Assembly: GCA_018400815.1 (NCBI GenBank)
Contig: JAGYLS010000061.1
Coordinates: 1-10,706 of the forward strand
Length of the DNA stretch: 10,706 nucleotides
Source: Candidatus Oleincola secundus
Lineage (GTDB): Bacteria; Atribacterota; Phoenicimicrobiia; Phoenicimicrobiales; Stramentimicrobiaceae
Direction of reading: 5' to 3'
Part shown: positions 1 through 7,127 of the stretch, piece after piece
Numbering within the stretch: the stretch's first letter is position 1
How the letters are laid out: each line of letters begins with the position of its first letter
Position numbers and translations under genes: made by a program
Notes under the pieces: model-generated
What the model saw: only the letters and a program-made list of their open reading frames with translations
What the model was told of the DNA's origin: nothing
Database searches by the model: none

Positions 1-62
1 ATCTACAACCTGAAGTACCACCAGAAAACATTATTGCTATGTATCATGCTGCGGTTCAGTAA
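1..62 (+). CDS. 3' end (partial) of a uroporphyrinogen decarboxylase-family / MtaA-CmuA methyltransferase-like protein
   Basis: Frame starting at base 3 reads LQPEVPPENIIAMYHAAVQ* (TAA 60-62). This matches the typical C-terminus (H)NxQPxVPPENIxAMY of URO-D-family proteins. Only 19 codons are visible. Confidence 0.7.
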   Translation, partial: LQPEVPPENIIAMYHAAVQ

Positions 63-68
63 TTAATT

Positions 69-96
69 TTAACAATTTGGTATGATGATATAAAAT
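69..96 (+). promoter_or_regulatory. Possible sigma70-type promoter for the riboswitch-aor transcript
   Basis: TTAACA (69-74) lies 16 nt before TAAAAT (91-96). An extended -10-like TGgTATGAT also occurs at 78-86. The position just upstream of the riboswitch fits, but such hexamers are common in AT-rich DNA. Confidence 0.3.
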
Positions 97-123
97 AAAA
101 AAGCTGCCAGGCATGAGTAAAAA

Positions 124-220
124 ATCTCCGAGTCATAAAACCTACAGCATTATTCTAAGGTTTTTTGACCGATAGGGAATAAGAGGAAACAATTATTCCT
201 CCCGTATTTGGAAAGGAGAT
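124..220 (+). ncRNA. Moco RNA motif riboswitch, P3-less (Tuco / tungsten-cofactor-associated) variant
   Basis: P1: ATCTCC 124-129 / GGAGAT 215-220. P2: GTCA-t-AAAACCT 132-143 / AGGTTTT-t-TGAC 158-169. P4: AGG(g)AATAA 174-182 / TTATTCCT 193-200, capped by G-GAAA-C (185-190). The conserved 3' signature CCTCCCGTATTTGGAAAGG is at 198-216. Only 4 nt (170-173) separate P2 from P4, so P3 is absent. It lies directly upstream of an AOR-family gene. Confidence 0.92.
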
Positions 221-321
221 GCGAAAATAAAATAAATACCGAAAGGAGGAGTGCCTATTGTATTTTTATTTTTGCAGTTCTCGTAAATAATCCAAATATA
301 TAATAATAAGGAGGAATTAAA

Positions 322-2184
322 ATGCCAAATGGATATTGGGGAAAAATATTAAGAGTTGATTTAACAGAAAAAAAAATCTTTGAAGAAAAAATTTCAGAAG
401 AGTATTGCCGTAAATATTTAGGCGGTGTAGGATTTGCTGCCGATATTTTGTTAAAAGAAGTTGGACCGGAAGTAGGTGCCCTGGATCCTGAAAATAGATT
501 AATTTTTGGCGTAGGTCCTTTTCAGGCAAGTGCTGTTCCCGGTAGCGGAAAATTTGTAGCCGTTGCCAAATCTCCCTTAACCAATGCAATTCTGTATTCT
601 ATTGCTGGTGGAAACATGGCACAAAGTCTTAAGAAATCTGGTTATGATGCTCTGGTTGTTCAGGGAAAATCTGCAAAACCGGTTTATTTATGGATTAATG
701 ACGGCCAAGTAGAAATTAAAGAAGCAACTTCAATCTGGGGTAAAAATTCAGAAGAAACTGCCGATCTTATTAGAGGAGAATTAGGTGAACCCAAGGCAAG
801 TGTTGCAGATATCGGCCCTGCCGGTGAAAAACTTATTGCCTTTTCCTGTATAGTTGTCGATAAACATAGTTATGCCGGTAGAGGCGGACTTGGTGCGGTT
901 ATGGGATCTAAGAATCTTAAAGCAATCACAGTAAAGGGGACCCAGAAACCGGAAGTTGCTGATTCCCAGAAAGTACGTGAATTAGCCAAAGAGTTAAACA
1001 AGAGAATTAGGGAAACTGCACCAGAAGGCTTCTTAAAGGGTGGCACAACTTCAGAAACAACCCCGACAGAAGAACTAGGTGACCTTCCCATCAAATATTG
1101 GAAAGGTGATGCAGGAGGTGTCTGGGTAAAAGGAGCTGAAAAATTGAGCTATCCTTATTATTCCGAAGCACTCAATGTAGATTTAGCTGAATGTGCCAAG
1201 ATAGCCTGTCAGAATTGCCCGATTCATTGCCATCGTTACATTGATACCAAGGAACCTGCAAAATTTGCAGTTACTGGTGGCGGACCGGAATATGAAGCAC
1301 TTGGTATGCTTGGTTCCTGTAATCTCGTAGATGATATTCATGCTGTTGCAAAAGCTAATGAAATTTGTAATCTTTATGGACTTGATTGTATTTCTACCGG
1401 TGCATTTGTTGCCTTTGCCACTGAATGCTATGAAAAAGGCCTGCTTACAAAAGAAGACACCTTTGGTATGGAATTAAAATGGGGTGATGGAGACCAATTG
1501 GTTGAAGTGGTTCGACAAATTGCCGAGAAAGAAAAATTAGGCAAACTTGCTGCAGATGGTATTGTCAAAGCTGCTGAAAAGATTGGTGGAGATGCACCTT
1601 CTATGGCTGTTCATGTTAAAGGAATGGATTTCCCTGCTCATGACCCACGGGCTTTCTTCTCCCTGGCAGTTAGCTATGCTACAAGTTCACGTGGAGCTTG
1701 TCATACACATGGCCTTTGTTTTAAAGCTGCATGTGGTTTGCTATTACCGGAGATGGGCATTACTGAAGCACCTGACCGTTTTGACATGGAAGGGAAAGAA
1801 TTCATTGCTGCAAAGTTCCATGATTTGAGTGCTCTTCAGGACGCAGCTACCCAATGTAATTTCATGATGTTCGGTGGATTTGGTATTACGGATATGCTAA
1901 ATAGCATTAATGCCGTTACTGGATGGGAAATGCCGATGGAAGAATTCCTTAAGATTGGCGAAAGGTTATCCACATTAAAACGTGCAGTTAATGTAAAATG
2001 GGGATTTAGCAGGAAAGATGATAAATTACCAGAAGTTGTTAATTTGCCTGCCAAAGAGGGATGCAGAGCAGGTAAGACACCTAGTCCTATTGAACCGGCC
2101 ATTGAGGGATACTATAAATTAAGAGGATGGGATAATGACGGGAAGCCAACTCCCGAAACGATGAAAGAATTAGGCTTAAGCTAA
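322..2184 (+). CDS. aor: Aldehyde:ferredoxin oxidoreductase family protein (tungstopterin / 4Fe-4S), 620 aa
   Basis: N-terminal GYWGKILRVDLT; KSPLT; IGPAGE; AGRGGLGAVMGSKNLKAI; Fe-S motif CQNCPIHC; GPEYE; GLDCISTG; DPR..RGACH; C-terminal YYKLRGWDNDGKPT. SD AAGGAGG at 308-314. Confidence 0.95.
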   Translation: MPNGYWGKILRVDLTEKKIFEEKISEEYCRKYLGGVGFAADILLKEVGPEVGALDPENRLIFGVGPFQASAVPGSGKFVAVAKSPLTNAILYSIAGGNMAQSLKKSGYDALVVQGKSAKPVYLWINDGQVEIKEATSIWGKNSEETADLIRGELGEPKASVADIGPAGEKLIAFSCIVVDKHSYAGRGGLGAVMGSKNLKAITVKGTQKPEVADSQKVRELAKELNKRIRETAPEGFLKGGTTSETTPTEELGDLPIKYWKGDAGGVWVKGAEKLSYPYYSEALNVDLAECAKIACQNCPIHCHRYIDTKEPAKFAVTGGGPEYEALGMLGSCNLVDDIHAVAKANEICNLYGLDCISTGAFVAFATECYEKGLLTKEDTFGMELKWGDGDQLVEVVRQIAEKEKLGKLAADGIVKAAEKIGGDAPSMAVHVKGMDFPAHDPRAFFSLAVSYATSSRGACHTHGLCFKAACGLLLPEMGITEAPDRFDMEGKEFIAAKFHDLSALQDAATQCNFMMFGGFGITDMLNSINAVTGWEMPMEEFLKIGERLSTLKRAVNVKWGFSRKDDKLPEVVNLPAKEGCRAGKTPSPIEPAIEGYYKLRGWDNDGKPTPETMKELGLS

Positions 2185-2239
2185 ACACTAAATATTGTTT
2201 GGTTTATAAGGTATTGTTAAAATACAATAGCATTTAAAT

Positions 2240-2279
2240 AGGGTCAATATTCCCATTTTGTATAGGGGATATTGACCCT
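2240..2279 (+). terminator. Strong stem-loop after aor (terminator-like or mRNA-stabilising/processing hairpin)
   Basis: AGGGTCAATATTCCC (2240-2254) pairs with GGGGATATTGACCCT (2265-2279): 15 bp with one G-U on the + strand and a 10-nt loop. There is no proper U-tract after it. Confidence 0.6.
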
Positions 2280-2311
2280 TGCCAAATTTGTGAGAAATGA
2301 AGTGGTAAAAT

Positions 2312-3701
2312 ATGAATGATTATAATAAAAATTTGAATACTTCTGACTGGAAAAAAATAAATATTGAATATTTAGATGATTATATTTCCTTAAAAGTGCC
2401 TCCTGTATGCGAGACATTACAATTAGAACCTACTCCTGCTTTAGCAGAAACAAAAAAAGAAATTGAAAATGCCTTTGAAAATCCCGTAAACAGTAGAACG
2501 ATTGATGAAATTATTGCTAACCAATCCAAGCCCACAGGTGAAATCACAGTAGCCATTGCCGTTTCTGATAATACGCGGCCAGTACCTTATCATTGCGAAG
2601 ATGATGCTAATATTCTATCACCTATTCTAACAAGATTAGAAAGAACGGGAATCAGAAAAGAGAATATAAAAATTATTATAGGTACAGGGAACACATGTTC
2701 TACTTCCTCCCAATGGAAAAAAAGGGAATCATTTTGGGGATAAAGTTGTTGAAAATTACCAGCTGATAGATCATGATTGTTATGCAAAAGATTTGATTCC
2801 CATTGGAGATGTGATGGGTGTGCTGGTAAAAATTAATAGAGATTTTATTAAAGCAGATATTTATCATAACAGGTTTAGTGGAAACACATTTTATGGCAGG
2901 TGCATCCGGTGGAAGAAAGGCGTCTGTCCCGGTATGGTCAACCTTGGAAGCTACCCAGGTCTTTCATGGACCTGAATTTATGGCTAATGAAAATGTGGAC
3001 AATCTTGTATTTACGGATAACCCCTGTCATGAATTTGCCTTGGAGGTAGCCAGAAGAGTAAATGTTGATTTCGCAGTCAATGTATTGATTAACGGCGAAC
3101 ACCAGGTATGCGGAATTTATACTGGTGATTTGAAACAATCTCATCAAAAGCAGTCGACAAGCTGAAAGATTTTTCGCTATTCACATTAAAAAAAAGAATA
3201 TGATATTTGACTCATGGAGGAAAGGGTGCTGTCAACCATTATCAGTTCATTAAAGGTGCCTGGGGTGCCTTGCCGGCATTAAAGAAAGGCGGGCATATTA
3301 TATATTAGCTCATAACCAGGATGATGAGCCTATTGGAAGCCAATATTATAAAGATTTAATGAAAAAGTTCGCAGAAGTCGGATTAGGTAATTTTTATCCT
3401 TTAATTTGCAGTCAAGATTGGGTTTTTACCCATGATCAATGGGAAGCACAAAAGTGGGAACAGTTCTTTAACCGAATTGGAGGATTGAATCAACTGATTT
3501 ATTGTACCACCAACATACCTCCGGAAGTACTTGCTGCTCTACCGGGGATGAGCGGATATAAATTTATAAAAGATTCCCCGCAAGATATCACCACGCTGTT
3601 GCAGAATGCAATTTATTATTGTGTGTCACAGAAGAAAGACCCATCAATGGCTTTTATTAAAGAAGGGGCCTTATGTTGTTTTAAAAGACCATATACAATA
3701 G
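2312..3701 (+). pseudogene. larA: LarA-family nickel-pincer-nucleotide-dependent lactate racemase / 2-hydroxyacid epimerase homolog, multiply frameshifted (probably sequencing indels)
   Basis: Joining frames restores the LarA motifs in order: VSDNTRPVP; IIGTGTH (shift ~2689); IDHDC; VKINRDFIKAD; ITGLVETHFMAGASGGRKxVCPG; VFHG; NPCHE; VNHYQFIKG; HDQWEAQ; C-terminal EGPYVVLKDHIQ* (TAG 3699-3701, after a shift in GGGG ~3667). ORF-track pieces 2312..2743, 2793..2975, 2878..3165 and 3359..3760 are fragments of this one gene. About 10 indels counted by eye. Confidence 0.88.
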
Positions 3702-3805
3702 AAATAGGTTCTTTTGTATCAATAGTAAAGAAGAGGTATTTTGATTTTTTAATTTTTTGAATCTATACGAGTAAAGTGTATTAATGGAAGGAAATATTGT
3801 TACAG

Positions 3806-5096
3806 ATGTATTTTAAATAAGAAGAAGAGAAAAATATTAAATGGTGATTTTGGGCCTGGAGCAAAGAAGGCACATTACAGATACTTGTTGGTATGGGAGA
3901 AGCTCGGAGCAGAAAAATGGTGGGAAATAAGTTATGCCCATCTCATGCCTCCTGATGTTATGTTTTTTCCATATGGGAAACAAGGTAAATGGGGACAAGA
4001 AGTTAATGGAAGATATGATAGAAGGAGTTAATTGAATTACGTGTACCAGCTACAATTGAACCCAAGTTTGTTGATTTGACTATTGCAAGAGAATTGGAAT
4101 TTTCTAATAGTGAAATTGAAGAAATGAAATGTAATAATGGGTAAGGCTGTACAGTTCGAAAAGCTGGATAATTCCCACATATTCAGCCATGCCATTTTTT
4201 TGTATATCCGGGGAAACTAAATCAGCATGTAAGCATTGCTGAATCAATTTCGATTTTGTGGTACAACACTATGTTTGGATCACGATGTGAAAGAGATGAT
4301 GGTGTTGTGTCACTTTCAGCCATAACTGGACGAGTTCCGTTAATTGGAATGCATAAAAAAGAAGAAAGATATGCACAGGTAATTGTAAGGTGACTACTAG
4401 ATGAACTTAAATTATGCCCAATTTACTGATGCAGATTTTGATGCCTTGTTTAGCGGTTAGCCGGAGAACAAAAGAGAAAAATCCCGGTTATAACGAATTT
4501 CCACAGGGAATTGGGTAGAAACTATACAAAGCTAAAACATTTTATTTTAGCCACAATTGCTGTTGAATCGCTACCCCTTTCCATATGGTAGTATTACACC
4601 TGAAGCCCCTACCCTTGAAGCAGCTTTAGGTCCAAATAAAAGTGTTGAAGAAATAATAATTGGAAAAGATGAATTGAATGAAGCGTATGAAATAGCCTGT
4701 ACTGCAAAAGATGAACATGTTGATTATGTTTTATTGGGTTGCCCTCATGTAACAATGTCAGAAATGCAGGAAATTATTCAAGTATTGGATGGGAAAAAAT
4801 TACATCCAAATGTTAAATTGATTATATCAACTACAAAGTTATTTAAAGATACAGCTGAAGATATGGGTTGGGTAGATATTCTTAAAAAGGCCGGTGCAAT
4901 TGTTACAGATAGTATGTGTATTGCTTTTGCCGGGACCCGGGTTTCGGGAACCATTGCTACCAATTCAATTAAAGGAGCTTTTTTCTATTCAGGATTTGAT
5001 CAAACTAAGGCTAGTCCGGTATGGTTTGGAAGTACCAGAGACTGTGCCATGGCTGCATTGCATGGTAAGTGGATTGGGGGTATGAGAAAATTATGA
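3806..5096 (+). pseudogene. Aconitase X large/catalytic subunit (DUF521 family), 5' ~60% multiply frameshifted (probably sequencing indels)
   Basis: From ATG 3806, joined frames read MYLNxEEEKILNGDFGPGAKKALQILVGMGEA-GAEKMVEISYAHL, LRVPATIEPKFVD, IIPTYSAMP, HVSIAESISILWYNTMFGSRCERDDG..AITGRVPLIGMH, LFHMVGITPEAPT. The intact 3' part (ORF 4557..5096) carries LGCPH, DSMC and ATNSIKG. These match the AcnX large-subunit pattern. The stop overlaps the next start (ATGA 5093-5096). Confidence 0.87.
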
Positions 5097-5506
5097 TTAA
5101 ATTAAAAGGACACAGCGTTTCCAAAGACCATCCGACAGTCTCAGGTGAAGCACTGGTTGTAGAAGATTTAGTTGCTTTCTGGGCAGGCGTAGATTGGGAA
5201 AGTGGAGATATTGTAGAAGTGGCACATTCCGGCCGTGGAAAGAATATTGCTGAAAAAGTATTAGTATTTCCGGCAGGAAAAGGCGGTGCCGGGGAAACAT
5301 TTGGTTATTACTATTTATATAGAAGCGGGAAAGCTCCACTAGCTTTATTATGTAATTCTGTTCAGGCAACAACAGTTGCCGGAGCTGTTATTTGTCGAAC
5401 ACCCATGATCTATGGTTTCGGAAAAGATATATTAAAAGTTATAAAAACCGGTGACAAAGTAAAGGTAGATTCAAAACAGGGAACTGTAGAGATTATTCAA
5501 TCATAA
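5093..5506 (+). CDS. Aconitase X small/swivel subunit (DUF126 family), 137 aa
   Basis: GEALV, FWAGVD..G.I....H...G.NI..KVLVFPAGKG, GKAPLA, IKTGDKVKVD..GTVEI. Start placed at ATG 5093 (ATGA coupling with the upstream stop) rather than the 5069 start in the ORF track. Confidence 0.9.
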   Translation: MIKLKGHSVSKDHPTVSGEALVVEDLVAFWAGVDWESGDIVEVAHSGRGKNIAEKVLVFPAGKGGAGETFGYYYLYRSGKAPLALLCNSVQATTVAGAVICRTPMIYGFGKDILKVIKTGDKVKVDSKQGTVEIIQS

Positions 5507-5537
5507 ATCTTATTAGAAATAATTGGAGGAAAATAAA

Positions 5538-5843
5538 GTGGCAAAAAAGAAATCAATTGTAATCAATAATAAAGATAACGTTGCTACAGCTTTAATTGAT
5601 TTAAAGACTGGAGATTTTTTAGAAGAAGAATTTAACGGACAAGTTAAAAAAATAGAATTAAAACAAGATGTTCCTTTCGGTCATAAAATCAGTTTAACTA
5701 AGATCGAGGCAGGTTCACCCATTATCAAGTATGGTGAAGTTATTGGTACGGCAACTGAATTGATTAATGAAGGAGATTATGTTCATATTCATAATGTGAA
5801 GAGTAATCGTGGAAGAGGAGACTTGGAAGGGGGAAAAGAATGA
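5538..5843 (+). CDS. SAF-domain small subunit of a split UxaA/GarD-family dehydratase, 101 aa
   Basis: DNVATAL, VPFGHKI, IIKYGEVIG.A...I..GDYVHIHNVKS. GTG start at 5538 with SD GGAGG at 5525-5529. The stop overlaps the next start (ATGA 5840-5843). Confidence 0.9.
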   Translation: MAKKKSIVINNKDNVATALIDLKTGDFLEEEFNGQVKKIELKQDVPFGHKISLTKIEAGSPIIKYGEVIGTATELINEGDYVHIHNVKSNRGRGDLEGGKE

Positions 5844-7000
5844 GTTTTTTAGGTTATCCTAGAGAAGATGGACAAGTAGGTGTTCGGAATTATATAGGGA
5901 TTATTTCAACAGTGGTATGTGCTAATGATGTGACTTTAAAAATTTCTCAACAGGTAGAAGGGACAACTGCCTATTTGCATGATCAGGGATGTACTCAAAC
6001 TCCTATTGATTTAGAAACAGTAAAAAGAACCTTAATTAATTTAGGGAAAAATCCTAATCTTGCCGGTGTTCTATTGGTAAGTCTGGGATGTGAATCTATC
6101 GTGGCTGAAGAAATTGAATCTGAAATAGCCAAATCCGGAAAGCCGGTCAAAATGATCAGAATACAAGAAGTTGGTGGAATGCTTCCGGCAATTGCTCAAG
6201 GTTCTAATATTGCACATGACATGGTAGTTGAAGCCTCAAAGATAGGCAAAGAAGAATTTGATGATTCAAAATTGGTTATTGCAGTAAAATGTGGAGCTTC
6301 TGATACGACTTCAGGTTTAATATCCAACCCTTCAGCCGGAGCAGCTCTTGATATAGTAAATGAATTGGGTGGAACTTGTATATTTGGTGAAACAACAGAA
6401 TTTTTAGGAGCAGAACATACTTTAGTACGAAGAGCAGTTAATAAGGAAATAGGAGAAAAAATAATAAACATTGTTACTAGAATGGAAGATCGGACCAAAA
6501 GAATGGGGGTTGATATGCGCGGAGGACAACCTACTACCGGAAATATCAAAGGGGGACTGACAACGATTGAAGATAAATCACTTGGAGCTGTAATTAAATC
6601 CGGAACAAAGCCCATTGATGATGTTTATGAGTATGGAGATAAAGTAACGAAAAAAGGTCTTTATATTGTTGATTCCCCGGGAAGAGAACCTGAATTTCTA
6701 ACTGCTGCCGCAGCTGCCGGAGCCCAGATTATTATTTTTACAACAGGTATAGGTGCACCTCAGGGATTTCCTTTTGTTCCGGTATTAAAGGTAACCGGAA
6801 ATCCGAATACTTACAAGAAACTATATGACCACATCGATATCTATATTGAAATTCCTGAAAAAGGGGAAAATAAAATTCAAGAGGCCGGGAAAGAGATATT
6901 TGAAGAATTGCAAAAAATTGCCTCTGGTAAAAAGACAAAATCTGAAGTATTAGGCTATGGCCAGTTTTCAAACATTTTCACAGTTGGACCGGTTATTTAA
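5840..7000 (+). CDS. UxaA/GarD-family (altronate/galactarate dehydratase-like) catalytic subunit, 386 aa
   Basis: GYPREDGQVGVRNY, STVVCAN, HDQGC, NPN..GVLLVSLGCE, KCGASDTTSG..SNP, ETTEFLGAEH, GNIKGGLTTIEDKSLG, FTTG.G...G....PVLKV. Confidence 0.92.
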   Translation: MSFLGYPREDGQVGVRNYIGIISTVVCANDVTLKISQQVEGTTAYLHDQGCTQTPIDLETVKRTLINLGKNPNLAGVLLVSLGCESIVAEEIESEIAKSGKPVKMIRIQEVGGMLPAIAQGSNIAHDMVVEASKIGKEEFDDSKLVIAVKCGASDTTSGLISNPSAGAALDIVNELGGTCIFGETTEFLGAEHTLVRRAVNKEIGEKIINIVTRMEDRTKRMGVDMRGGQPTTGNIKGGLTTIEDKSLGAVIKSGTKPIDDVYEYGDKVTKKGLYIVDSPGREPEFLTAAAAAGAQIIIFTTGIGAPQGFPFVPVLKVTGNPNTYKKLYDHIDIYIEIPEKGENKIQEAGKEIFEELQKIASGKKTKSEVLGYGQFSNIFTVGPVI

Positions 7001-7020
7001 TAGGGGAAGTACTGATATGT

Positions 7021-7077
7021 ATTGAGTATAATTTGTTTAAATTTATTTTATTAAAATTTAAGTAGGTTATACTCAAT
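7021..7077 (+). other. Long intergenic RNA hairpin (24-bp uninterrupted stem, 9-nt loop)
   Basis: ATTGAGTATAATTTGTTTAAATTT (7021-7044) pairs with AAATTTAAGTAGGTTATACTCAAT (7054-7077): 20 Watson-Crick pairs plus 4 G-U wobbles on the + strand. Confidence 0.75.
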
Positions 7078-7127
7078 TGTATTTATAAATAGTATTGTAT
7101 TATTATATCGAATTAGGGGAATAATTG

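Noticed and set aside
219..230. Mini-ORF ATG CGA AAA TAA at the base of riboswitch P1
   Set aside because: The ATG directly abuts the GGAG, leaving no usable SD spacing.
317..2102. Short alternative ORFs overlapping aor (317..589 -, 870..1094 -, 1547..1828 +, 1836..2102 -)
   Set aside because: These are shadow ORFs within a well-supported gene and show no recognisable motifs.
2212..2229. TATTGT-N6-ACAATA inverted repeat as an operator upstream of larA
   Set aside because: The arms are short and AT-rich, I found no second convincing copy, and it could easily arise by chance.
3668..3760. C-terminal tail ALCCFKRPY... of ORF 3359..3760
   Set aside because: Probably out-of-frame read-through after an extra G at ~3667; the shifted frame gives a plausible EGPYVVLKDHIQ* end at 3701.
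2687..4592. Programmed ribosomal frameshifting or phase variation
   Set aside because: There are far too many shifts, in both directions and at heterogeneous sites, for a programmed mechanism.
3806..5506. Archaeal-type mevalonate pathway phosphomevalonate dehydratase, or cis-3-hydroxy-L-proline dehydratase
   Set aside because: No mevalonate, UbiD or proline racemase-family genes are nearby, and key motifs (TCxPY Cys, GKGS Ser) deviate.
5538..7000. Sulfolactate sulfo-lyase SuyAB (with LarA as a sulfolactate racemase), suggested by the split SAF + catalytic architecture
   Set aside because: The catalytic subunit has STVVCAN / HDQGC / LGCE, not the PxDDxSN / HxYGRLQFG motifs I recall for SuyB. 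No sulfite export or sulfonate genes are in the window. Not fully excluded without a phylogeny.
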